From positions 70,242-134,241 of the forward strand of contig WOZK01000030.1 of assembly GCA_011620275.1 (NCBI GenBank): 64,000 bases of DNA, written 5' to 3'. The position numbers and the translations under genes are program-made. Positions 22,401-31,163 of the stretch are shown here, one piece after another (position 1 is the first letter of the stretch; each line of letters opens with the position of its first letter). The stretch comes from Candidatus Omnitrophota bacterium (GTDB taxonomy: Bacteria > Omnitrophota > Gorgyraeia > Gygaellales > Profunditerraquicolaceae). The notes under the pieces are model-generated. The model was not told the origin of the DNA. It ran no database searches and saw nothing but the letters and a program-made list of their open reading frames with translations.

Positions 22401-22854
22401 CCTCTTGGCTGATTATGCGGATAATCGCTTTATCGTCGGCGCAAGAACGCAGGCTGTCTCTAAAATATTTGTCTTTCAGCAGGCGGGAAATTCTTGCCAG
22501 GGCCTTCAGGTGCGGCCCGGCAGAATCCTGCGGAGCAAGCAGCAGGAAAAATATGAATGCAGGTTCCCCGTCGAGAGAATCAAAATCTATACCCTTGCGC
22601 GATAAAGCGAAAGCCGCGACTAACTTTTCGACGCAGTCGCATTTCGCGTGAGGGATAGCCACTCCCTGTCCGATGGCGGTGGAGCCGAGCGCTTCCCTGG
22701 CCATAAGCGCTTCGCAGAGCTTGGCACGATGGCGCTTGTCAACTTCTCCGGCGTCAACCAGGGCGCCCACCATCTCCTTTATTACATCTTCCTTCTTGAC
22801 GGATTTTATGTCGGTAAGTATGGCTTTTTGAGACAGAAACTCGAGTATTTTCAT
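22384..22854 (-). CDS. ptsN: PTS EIIA component (Ntr/fructose type)
   Basis: REALGSTAIGQGVAIPH, FDSLDGEP, HLKALARISR; start reassigned to MKILEF with an AAGGAG RBS. Confidence 0.85.
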   Translation of the reverse strand: MKILEFLSQKAILTDIKSVKKEDVIKEMVGALVDAGEVDKRHRAKLCEALMAREALGSTAIGQGVAIPHAKCDCVEKLVAAFALSRKGIDFDSLDGEPAFIFFLLLAPQDSAGPHLKALARISRLLKDKYFRDSLRSCADDKAIIRIISQEDEKKI

Positions 22855-22966
22855 TCTTCCTTCTCCTTTAGGATTCAACCTTGGACCTCCGGCATAGGAT
22901 GCCGCGATCAAGATTATATACTGAAAACCGGAAAACAGCGCCGCTTATGCGCGCCGGCGGATGAAA

Positions 22967-23043
<77 letters not shown>

Positions 23044-23208
23044 AAAACATCTGCAGTGCCGCATCATACGGGCCGCTTTATTTTAAGATTTTCAATCTGA
23101 AGCACCGCGAAGAGCGCGGTTTCAGCGCCGTCGAAGTATCATAAACCCGTCATCGAATAAAATCAATACCGTTTTTACGGTGGCACACTGTTCCGCCCTT
23201 GAAAAAAA

Positions 23209-23290
23209 TGGGCGGAAGAGGATTTGAACCTCCAAGGGTTGCCCCAGCAGCTCCTAAGGCTGCCGCGTCTGCCAATTTCGCCATCCGCCC
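23209..23290 (-). tRNA. tRNA-Leu(TAG)
   Basis: GGGCGGA/TCCGCCC acceptor stem, anticodon loop CTTAGGA, long variable arm; CCA not encoded. Confidence 0.95.
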
Positions 23291-23594
23291 GTAGTGCGCG
23301 GTTCTTTAAACAGCGCGCAGAGCAATCGAGAGCCGAAAATCGTGATTTAATGCGATAGAAACCTCCGGGCGCGGCCTGATTCAGCTTTCCGGCTATCAGA
23401 AACCTGTGCAGCAATACTTATATAGCCTCTGCGCGAACCCTGTTCGAAAGACACGCCCCCGGCACGCCGGCCGGCAGTTACGGTATAACCGCGCGTATTG
23501 TTTACGTCTTGGGATAAAGCAAGGTGTTAAAGGAACTTTTCGCGTCCGGCCGTTCCTTAACCACGCGTTCCCTGCTTAAGGACCTACACAATAA

Positions 23595-23670
23595 TGGTGA
23601 GCCACCCGCGACTCGAACGCGGCACACCCACCTTAAAAGGGTGGTGCTCTACCGGATGAGCTAGTGGCCC
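23595..23670 (-). tRNA. tRNA-Lys(TTT)
   Basis: CCACC-CTTTTAA-GGTGG anticodon arm, TTCGAGT T-loop, encoded CCA. Confidence 0.96.
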
Positions 23671-23802
23671 GGAAAACTTATTACAGTATACTTCACTCTT
23701 TCATCCCCTAAATGGGGAGGATTTAGGAGGGGGGGGATAATAACCATAGTCGTAGCCAATAGATGATATTACTACCCGGCATTCGGTAATTCTACGTTTC
23801 GC

Positions 23803-24363
23803 TCAAGATTCCAATACTTCTTTTTCCTTAGACTTAAGCAATTCGTCTATCTTGGCGATATACTTATCCACGACTTTCTGTAATTCTTCCGCCGCCCTGA
23901 ATTTGTCGTCCTCGCTGATCAACTTGTCTTTTTCGCTTTTTTCAAGGGCTTCTTTGGCGTCGCGCCTAACCGTGCGCAGCGAAACCCGCCCTTCCTCCGC
24001 CATCTTATGCACCACCTTGGCGAGTTCCTGCCTCCGTTCCTTGGAAAGCTGCGGAATAGAAAGCCTGACCACCTTGCCGTCGTTGCAGGGCTGGATACCG
24101 AGACTGGATTTCGCGATGGCTTTCTCTATCTCCGTTATCGCCGAAATGTCCCAAGGCTGAATCATTATCATATGCGGATCAGGAACGGTTATGGACGCCA
24201 ACTGCTTCATCAAGGTAGGCGTGCCGTAATAATCCACGTGCAGGCCTTCCACCATACCCGGGCTCGCCCTGCCGGTCCTGATTTCGGAGAATTCCCTTGT
24301 TACCGACTCCAGCGCCTTCTTTAACTTATCTTCAGCCCCGTGTAATATTTCTTTAGTAGTCAT
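23803..24363 (-). CDS. frr: Ribosome recycling factor
   Basis: IRTGRASP, VDYYGTPT, IQPWD, RTVRRDA. Confidence 0.97.
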   Translation of the reverse strand: MTTKEILHGAEDKLKKALESVTREFSEIRTGRASPGMVEGLHVDYYGTPTLMKQLASITVPDPHMIMIQPWDISAITEIEKAIAKSSLGIQPCNDGKVVRLSIPQLSKERRQELAKVVHKMAEEGRVSLRTVRRDAKEALEKSEKDKLISEDDKFRAAEELQKVVDKYIAKIDELLKSKEKEVLES

Positions 24364-24392
24364 CGCACCCCCCGTTCGCGCCCCGGACCTGT

Positions 24393-25121
24393 TCAGCTTA
24401 CTATCGTGCCGAGTCTTTCTCCCAAAACTACCTTCCTGATATTACCCTCTTTGTTCATATTAAAAACCACGATGGGAAGCTTATTATCCATACAAAGGCT
24501 TACCGCGGTATTATCCATCACCTTAAGCCCTTTTTTCAGGACATCGAGGTATTTAAGGCTCCCGAATTTCTTGGCCCCCCGGGTCTTCAGCGGATCGGCG
24601 GAATAGACGCCGTCAACCTTCGTCGCCTTCAATATGGCTTCGGCGTGTATTTCCATTGCCCTTAAAGCCGCGGCGGTATCCGTGGTAAAATAGGGATTGC
24701 CGGTCCCAGCCACGAAGATCACGATCCTGTTCTTCTCCAAATGTCTGATAGCGCGCCGCCTTATGTAAGGCTCGGCCACCCTCTGTATCTCCATCGCCGT
24801 CATCACCCTGGTCGGGACACCGGATATTTCAAGCGCGTTCTGAAGCGCCAGGCCGTTGATAACCGTAGCCAGCATTCCCATGTAATCGGCAACGGCGCGG
24901 TCCATATTAAGGCCGCGCGAATGAGAATTCTCCCGCCCGCGGAAAATATTGCCTCCCCCCAGCACCACGGCGACCTGAACCCCCATGTCCCGTAATTCCT
25001 TGAGCTGGCCGGCCAGAGAAACCAGGACCCTGCTGTCTATTCCATGACTGCCGCCGCCCTGCAGAGCCTCTCCGCTGAGCTTCAGCACTATCCGTTTATA
25101 AACGGCCTGGGGTATTTTCAT
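24393..25121 (-). CDS. pyrH: UMP kinase
   Basis: [32 protein letters not shown]. Confidence 0.97.
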   Translation of the reverse strand: MKIPQAVYKRIVLKLSGEALQGGGSHGIDSRVLVSLAGQLKELRDMGVQVAVVLGGGNIFRGRENSHSRGLNMDRAVADYMGMLATVINGLALQNALEISGVPTRVMTAMEIQRVAEPYIRRRAIRHLEKNRIVIFVAGTGNPYFTTDTAAALRAMEIHAEAILKATKVDGVYSADPLKTRGAKKFGSLKYLDVLKKGLKVMDNTAVSLCMDNKLPIVVFNMNKEGNIRKVVLGERLGTIVS

Positions 25122-25642
25122 GCTCCGATCTTATATCTGGCGAACCTGCGTATCATTATGTTCTCGCGAAACTTGGCCAGCAAAGCCGCCATATAGTCGT
25201 TTATCGTCATACCCGGATCTTTGATGAACGGCTGCTCGAGAAGGCAGTGGTTTTTGTAATAAGCCGCCTTGTCGTGCTCCTGGGAAATAATCTCTTCGGG
25301 GACGTCTTCTTTCTTTATATAAGAAGGGTTGCACGCCGCTATCTGCATCGCCAGGTCTTTGGTGAATTGGCAAAACTCGGCGTTGCGGGCCACGAAATCG
25401 GTCTCGCACACCACTTCCAGCAGCACCCCGATCTTGTTGCCGTTATGAATATACGCTTCCACCCTGCCTTCCTTGGCCGCCCGGTCCTGTTTATTGGAAG
25501 CTATCTCCAGCCCCCTTTTACGCAATAGGGTCACCGCCTTGTTCAGGTCGCCTTCCGCTTCCTCAAGGGCCTTCTTACAGTCAGCCACGCTGGCAAAAGT
25601 CATATTTCTCAAATCTTTCAACTGTTCTAACGATATCTTCAT
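25118..25642 (-). CDS. tsf: Elongation factor Ts (short form)
   Basis: [23 protein letters not shown]; lies between rpsB and pyrH. Confidence 0.95.
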   Translation of the reverse strand: MKISLEQLKDLRNMTFASVADCKKALEEAEGDLNKAVTLLRKRGLEIASNKQDRAAKEGRVEAYIHNGNKIGVLLEVVCETDFVARNAEFCQFTKDLAMQIAACNPSYIKKEDVPEEIISQEHDKAAYYKNHCLLEQPFIKDPGMTINDYMAALLAKFRENIMIRRFARYKIGA

Positions 25643-25647
25643 TGGAA

Positions 25648-26538
25648 TTACGCCTTTCTTTCATTCTTATCTTCTACCGGCTTGATGCGGGATTTCTTTG
25701 CCGCTTTAGCTTCCGCGCTCTCCGGGGTCGTGCTCTCAATCAGATCCTCGATCTCCTTAATCTTGACTTCTTCTTCCGGTTTCACCGCCGGTTCATCAAG
25801 GGCCCCCTGCTGGGCAACGTTCTTCAGAGCCTCCTGATCGGAAAGATAAGAAAGGAACTTCTGCCTGCCTTCCACTATGGCTTCCGCCAGCATACTCACG
25901 ATCACCTTGATGGACTTGGTGGCGTCGTCGTTACCGGGTACCGGATAAGCGATGTGCGTCGGATCCGAATTGGTATCCACCAGGGCGATTATCGGGATAC
26001 CGAGCTTCAATGCCTCCAGGACGGCCGTATCTTCCTTGTTCGTGTCTATGACGACTACGGCGGCCGGCATCTTCTCCATATTCACGATCCCGGAGAAGTT
26101 CTTTTTCAGTTTCAGGCACTCTTTCTCCAGCCGGGAGACCTCTTTCTTGGTCAGCTTCTCGAACGTCCCGTCCGTGCGCATCTTATCGATTTCCTTGAGG
26201 CGCTTGATGCTCTTTTTAACCGTGGCAAAATTGGTAAGCATACCGCCCGGCCATCTTTCCGTAACGTAATACATCCCGCAGCGCACCGCATCCTGAAACA
26301 CGACTTCCTGGGCCTGTTTCTTTGTCCCGACGAACAAAATCATCTCCCCTTTAGCCGCAGACTCCATAAGGAATTCCCTGGCTCTGTCAAGGCATTCGCT
26401 GGTTTTTTCCAGGTCTATAATGTAGATCCCGCTGCGCTGTCCAAAGATGAATTTCTTCATCTTGGGGTTCCAGCGGGATGTCTTATGACCGAAATGCACC
26501 CCTGCTTCAAGTAACTGCTTTATGGTTTCCGTAGACAA
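25648..26538 (-). CDS. rpsB: 30S ribosomal protein S2
   Basis: LLEAGVHFGH, WNPKM, GGMLTN, PGNDDA; TTG start with AGGAGG RBS. Confidence 0.97.
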   Translation of the reverse strand: MSTETIKQLLEAGVHFGHKTSRWNPKMKKFIFGQRSGIYIIDLEKTSECLDRAREFLMESAAKGEMILFVGTKKQAQEVVFQDAVRCGMYYVTERWPGGMLTNFATVKKSIKRLKEIDKMRTDGTFEKLTKKEVSRLEKECLKLKKNFSGIVNMEKMPAAVVVIDTNKEDTAVLEALKLGIPIIALVDTNSDPTHIAYPVPGNDDATKSIKVIVSMLAEAIVEGRQKFLSYLSDQEALKNVAQQGALDEPAVKPEEEVKIKEIEDLIESTTPESAEAKAAKKSRIKPVEDKNERKA

Positions 26539-26743
26539 CTTTACTCCTCCTTGCTCGCCGCCTTCACCTGCCCGGGGGCAGCCCGCGTTTCAGCTTACGG
26601 GATGTAGGAAAGGCTTTGTTAGGATTTTATCCCCACATTGTCTTTGCTTCAATCCGCCGCGCCGGCCTTCAAGCCGCCGCGGATTTTCTGTTTTTTGACG
26701 GGATAAGCGTGTTTTTCCCGCCTGATTCCCAAATTAAACTGTT

Positions 26744-26771
26744 ATTTTAACACAAAAATCCTTTTATGCAA
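26744..26771 (-). promoter_or_regulatory. Sigma70-type promoter for rpsB-tsf, giving a ~200-nt leader
   Basis: Minus strand TTGCAT-16 nt-TAAAAT with an extended -10 TG. Confidence 0.55.
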
Positions 26772-26791
26772 TAAAAAGTTTTTTTTAATTC

Positions 26792-26811
26792 CGGGGACAC
26801 AATACTTAATT
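26792..26811 (+). repeat. Dispersed 20-bp intergenic repeat, copy 2
   Basis: CGGGGACACAATACTTAATT, 19/20 identical to the reverse complement of 8134-8153. Confidence 0.6.
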
Positions 26812-26949
26812 GAGTAGCGTAACCGACATTTACAATAAATGAAATCCCCAGGGCTGAACAAATTGGTCGAATCAATCTGTAAAAGCCGGGGATTTCTGGG
26901 TGAGGGGATTAAACCCCACAACCCGATACCCAAAAAGCATCTTTTATTA

Positions 26950-28740
26950 TCACTCCGCCAATTCCTGCATTCGGCAGAGCCTATTGTACAGACCTCCGCT
27001 TTTTATCAATTCTTCGTGCGTGCCGATCTCAACGATCCTGCCGTTCTCAAGCGCGATTATCCGGTCTGCGTGGCGCACCGTGGAAAGCCTGTGCGCGATA
27101 AGCAAGACCGTACGGCCGCTTATCAGACGGTCTATCGCCTGCTGGACCAGTCTCTCCGATTCGGCGTCCAATTGGGAAGTAGCTTCATCCAGGATCAGTA
27201 TAGGCGGATTCTTAAGCAGGGCCCTAGCGATCGCCAGCCTCTGCCTTTCTCCGCCGGAAATCATCATACCGCGGTCGCCGATCACGGTATCGTAGCCCTT
27301 GGGAAAACGCATGATGAAATCATGCGCGCAGGCCTGTGTGGCCGCCGCGATGACCTGTTCAAAAGATGCTTCGGGTTGGCCGTAGGATATATTAGCTTTA
27401 ATGGTATCGTTGAAAAGTATCGTCTCCTGGCTTACTATCCCTATGTTGCTCCGCAAAGAAACGATGCTGAAGTCCCTGATGTCCCTGCCGTTTATCAATA
27501 TAGAACCCTGCTGCGGGTCATAAAAACGCGGCAGCAGGTCCAGCAAAGTGGTTTTGCCTGCCCCGCTGGGGCCTACAACGGCCACGACCTCACCTTTGGA
27601 GACCTTGAAACTAACGTTGTTTATGACCTTTTTCTTGTCGTAGGCGAAATGCACGCCGTTGAATTCTATTTCTTTTTCCAGCCCTCGCATCTCAACGGCT
27701 CTCGGTTTTTCCGCGACGGAAGGGACGGAGTCCAGCACTTCGTATATACGGATGCCGGCGGCGACCGCCTGCTGATTGAGGGAATTCACGGCGCTGAGCT
27801 TCTTGAACGGCCTAATCAAAGAGAGTAAAGAAGCCAGAAAAAGCCCCAGGATGCCGAAAGAGAGCTTGCCGGCTATCACCTCCCTGCCTCCCCAGTAAAA
27901 TACGAACACCCCGGCCAGGCAGCCCAGGAATTCCGTGGCCGGGCTCAAAATGAGCGTCCGTTTTATCGACTTCATGGAGATGCGGAAATAATCCTGGTTG
28001 GCGGCGGCAAACCGTTTCTTCTCGTATTCTTCCATGTTAAACGCCTTGACTATCCGCGCGCCGATGATCGTTTCGTAAAGCAGGGAATTTATGTCCGCCA
28101 TCTTCTCCTGCCCCCGCCGGGAAAGCTTACGAAGGACCCGCCCGACCTTTATTATAGGAAAACTGATAAGCGGACAGATCACCAGTATTATCAAAGCGAG
28201 CTTCGCGTAGATGAAAAAGGCCATTAGCGCGAAAATCACTACCTGAAGACTCTGATACACCAGGTCCGTGGAACCGTAAGAAACGGCGTTCTCCACCAGC
28301 CTGACGTCGTTGGTTATACGTGAGATCATCTCGCCGCCGCGTTTATGCGTGAAGTAATCCAGCGAAAGCGAGTGGAACTTGGAATAAAGAAGCGATCGGA
28401 TATCCCTTATCACCCTTTGCCCGAGATCGGACATAAGATAACTCTGCAGAAAGGTAAAAACCTCTTTGAGAAAAAAGAGCACAAGGATGAAAACAGATAG
28501 ATAATTGAGCAGGGCCTGCTGAGACATACCGTTCATCATCACGACGAAATCGGCCAGAAAACCCGGGACTTTCCCGGGCAAAATGATCTGTTTGTTCGTC
28601 ATCACCTTATCCGCCAGCGGCACCATCATCGCCAGAGATACCCCGTCGAAAAGAGCGGAAACCGCCATGCAGAAGACCGCCGCCGTAAAAAGCGCCCAGT
28701 AAGGTTTTACGAAACGAAACAGCCTGAAGTAATCTCTCAT
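26950..28740 (-). CDS. msbA: MsbA-like ABC exporter (TMD+NBD)
   Basis: N-terminal multi-TM domain, GPSGAGKT, ISGGERQR, ILDEATSQLD, IAHRLST; divergent from lpxB. Confidence 0.8.
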   Translation of the reverse strand: MRDYFRLFRFVKPYWALFTAAVFCMAVSALFDGVSLAMMVPLADKVMTNKQIILPGKVPGFLADFVVMMNGMSQQALLNYLSVFILVLFFLKEVFTFLQSYLMSDLGQRVIRDIRSLLYSKFHSLSLDYFTHKRGGEMISRITNDVRLVENAVSYGSTDLVYQSLQVVIFALMAFFIYAKLALIILVICPLISFPIIKVGRVLRKLSRRGQEKMADINSLLYETIIGARIVKAFNMEEYEKKRFAAANQDYFRISMKSIKRTLILSPATEFLGCLAGVFVFYWGGREVIAGKLSFGILGLFLASLLSLIRPFKKLSAVNSLNQQAVAAGIRIYEVLDSVPSVAEKPRAVEMRGLEKEIEFNGVHFAYDKKKVINNVSFKVSKGEVVAVVGPSGAGKTTLLDLLPRFYDPQQGSILINGRDIRDFSIVSLRSNIGIVSQETILFNDTIKANISYGQPEASFEQVIAAATQACAHDFIMRFPKGYDTVIGDRGMMISGGERQRLAIARALLKNPPILILDEATSQLDAESERLVQQAIDRLISGRTVLLIAHRLSTVRHADRIIALENGRIVEIGTHEELIKSGGLYNRLCRMQELAE

Positions 28741-29093
28741 ATTGTTAAGAAAAATGCGGTTCCCCGGGCTGATCCTTGGTCAAGCCTTGGCAACGAACCT
28801 GTCAAACTGCTCAGAACACGCGCCCGGGGCTTCTTTCGCGATTAACCCCGGTTTGAAACCGGAGATTTCTGCGGTTTGATTAAAAAACCGGGAATTGGTA
28901 TCGTCCCCGGTATCATCACGGAACATATAGACAAAATATAATAACACATTACCTTCCAGCTGTCGAGGAATAAAATAAGGCCGAAGCTCCTTTTTTCCCG
29001 GCGTCAAAATACATTTGCCAAGGGAACCCGTATTTGCTATGATAATGTGCGTCTTAACTGATAATATCATAACACCGACCGCGGCGCCTTAAA

Positions 29094-30272
29094 ATGAAAA
29101 ATACCTCTCCCAGAATACTGGTCGTCTCCGGAGAAGCATCCGGAGACATGTACGCAGCCGAGCTTATCAAGGAAATCCGCAAACGTCTCCCTTCCGCCCA
29201 TTTCTACGGACTGGGAGGGGAAAAATCCAGGCTTGCCGGCATGGAAATCATCGCGGAAATGACCGCTCTCTCCGTAGTAGGCTTTGCGGAAGTATTGCAA
29301 AAACTGCACAAAATCAAAGTCGTCTTCAATAAAATCCTCTCTGTCTCCTCCTCCCTGCGTCCGGATGCCGCCATACTTATAGACTACCCCGGGTTCAATC
29401 TAAGACTGGCGGCTAAGCTAAAAAAAATCGGTATCCCGGTCATTTATTACGTCAGTCCGCAGATATGGGCGTGGGGAGCCGACCGCATAAAAGCCATCCG
29501 CCGTAACGTGGACATGATGATAGTCCTGTTCAATTTCGAGGAAGAAATATACAAGAAGGCGGATGTGCCGGTCTTTTTCTCCGGGCATCCTCTGGCGGGG
29601 ATGGTTAAAACCGACCCGGTCAGAAAAGCCGCCTTTATCCAGCATAACCGTATACGCAAAGAGCTCCCCATAGTCACGATCATGCCCGGATCGCGCCGGA
29701 AAGAAATCACGGCCCTGCTTACCCCTATGCTCGAATCCTGCGCGATATTGAACGAAATGCTGGCCGGCAAAGTACAGTTCCTCCTGCTGCAGGCTCCCGG
29801 CATACCTTTCAAGATGTTTCAGGACCGCGTTTACTCTTACGGGCTGGATATAAAGATACTCTACGGATATAATTATGAAGCTCTCGAGACAAGCGATTTC
29901 GCCCTGGTTGCCTCCGGCACAGCCGCCCTCGAGGCGGCGATACTGGAAGTACCTATGGCTATAATGTACAAACTATCATTCCTTACCTGGATGCTTCTGA
30001 GAATGATGCTGAAGATAAAATACGTGGGGATAGTGAACATAATTGCGGACAGAGAAATAGTGAAAGAATTTCTGCAATACGACATAAAACCGGAGCGTAT
30101 TGCCGGATATGCCTACAATGTGCTTTCTGACCGAACCGCGGCCGCAGTGATTAAAAAAGAATTGCGCCGCATAAAGGAAAGTTTGGGATCTCAGGAAGCG
30201 GTGCCAAGAGCGGCGGAAGCGATCGTGGAACTTATAGATAGAAAACGAGGAATGAACGGTCTTAAAGAATAA
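29094..30272 (+). CDS. lpxB: Lipid-A-disaccharide synthase
   Basis: SGEASGD, IDYPGFN, YVSPQIWAW, GHPL, MPGSR, ASGTAALE. Confidence 0.96.
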   Translation: MKNTSPRILVVSGEASGDMYAAELIKEIRKRLPSAHFYGLGGEKSRLAGMEIIAEMTALSVVGFAEVLQKLHKIKVVFNKILSVSSSLRPDAAILIDYPGFNLRLAAKLKKIGIPVIYYVSPQIWAWGADRIKAIRRNVDMMIVLFNFEEEIYKKADVPVFFSGHPLAGMVKTDPVRKAAFIQHNRIRKELPIVTIMPGSRRKEITALLTPMLESCAILNEMLAGKVQFLLLQAPGIPFKMFQDRVYSYGLDIKILYGYNYEALETSDFALVASGTAALEAAILEVPMAIMYKLSFLTWMLLRMMLKIKYVGIVNIIADREIVKEFLQYDIKPERIAGYAYNVLSDRTAAAVIKKELRRIKESLGSQEAVPRAAEAIVELIDRKRGMNGLKE

Positions 30273-30279
30273 TCACGAC

Positions 30280-30316
30280 AAAGCCCCCGCTGAATAACTG
30301 ATTCAGCGGGGGCTTT
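30280..30316. terminator. Bidirectional intrinsic terminator between convergent lpxB and rpmA
   Basis: Perfect 16-bp inverted repeat AAAGCCCCCGCTGAAT/ATTCAGCGGGGGCTTT with a 5-nt loop. Confidence 0.88.
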
Positions 30317-30419
30317 ATATTATCCTGCCGGGAGCCGAAAAATAAACTATAAGGACAATTTTTCCGCGGCTGCCGCGACGCAATCGAAAAAAAGTAATGC
30401 CCGGTAAAGGGAATTACGC

Positions 30420-30665
30420 TCAGCTTTTAACTTTTCCTGGCGGAACAACGTTCACGAAAGTCCGCATTCTGCCGTGCGGCGTTTTCCTGCGGCTAAAGCT
30501 TACTTTCCCGGGGCAAAGGGCCATGATCGTGCCGATGCCTTTGGTATTCATCCCGGCTTTATAATGACTGAAGCCGCGCACAAGGATCTGCCCGGTCTTC
30601 ACGCTCTCTCCTCCGGAAACTTTGGTTCCTCTGTCTTTCTTTGGTGTTGCTTTTCCTCCAGCCAT
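30420..30665 (-). CDS. rpmA: 50S ribosomal protein L27-like, atypical N-terminus
   Basis: GTKVSGGESVKTGQILVR, GTIMALCPGKVSF, RTFVNVVP match the bL27 core; the AHKK..RNGRDS tail is missing. Confidence 0.8.
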   Translation of the reverse strand: MAGGKATPKKDRGTKVSGGESVKTGQILVRGFSHYKAGMNTKGIGTIMALCPGKVSFSRRKTPHGRMRTFVNVVPPGKVKS

Positions 30666-30679
30666 GTTGCTTTCTCCTT

Positions 30680-31003
30680 TTATCTTGCTTTAGCCCAAAG
30701 GGCCCTCGCCAGACCCATCAATTCTGCTTTCTCCAGCCGGACCCCGGCGCGGCACAATCCGTCCTCGCGGTTCTTCAATGACCAGACGACCTCCGCCCTG
30801 GTATAAAAAGGCTCGGCCTGTTCGGGGATTTGAAGCCATACCTCCAAACGGGAACTAACCGGCAAACTGCTGCGTGAAGTCAATCCCATACCGTTAGCGC
30901 TGATATCGAAGGTTTCTCCACTGCTTTCTTCGCTTGCCGTGGCCTCCAGAAACTTGAGAGGGAACCGCGCCTGCATCCGTTCAAAAACCCTCCTGTCGTC
31001 CAT
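30680..31003 (-). CDS. PilZ-domain protein (c-di-GMP receptor)
   Basis: RRVFER (RxxxR), DISANG (DxSxxG), AEVVW, AGVRL. Confidence 0.9.
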   Translation of the reverse strand: MDDRRVFERMQARFPLKFLEATASEESSGETFDISANGMGLTSRSSLPVSSRLEVWLQIPEQAEPFYTRAEVVWSLKNREDGLCRAGVRLEKAELMGLARALWAKAR

Positions 31004-31033
31004 GAGGTTTCCTTTCTCCGTGGCTTTGACCTA

Positions 31034-31061
31034 ATTGTATCAACTTATTCCATTTTAGCAA
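31034..31061 (-). promoter_or_regulatory. Sigma70-type promoter for pilZ-rpmA
   Basis: Minus strand TTGCTA-16 nt-TACAAT with an extended -10 TG. Confidence 0.55.
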
Positions 31062-31163
31062 GTTTTATTTTACGAAATAAAACCGCTTGCAACAAATTGA
31101 GTTGCAGTTACTTGCGCCGGCAAGCCGTCTCCTTTCTTCTCTCTCCGCCATTACAGACTTTTA

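Noticed and set aside
28761-28830. CCCCGGGC...GCCCGGGG-closed stem as a possible 6S or SRP RNA
   Set aside because: Only ~70 nt and lacks the diagnostic motifs; cannot be supported
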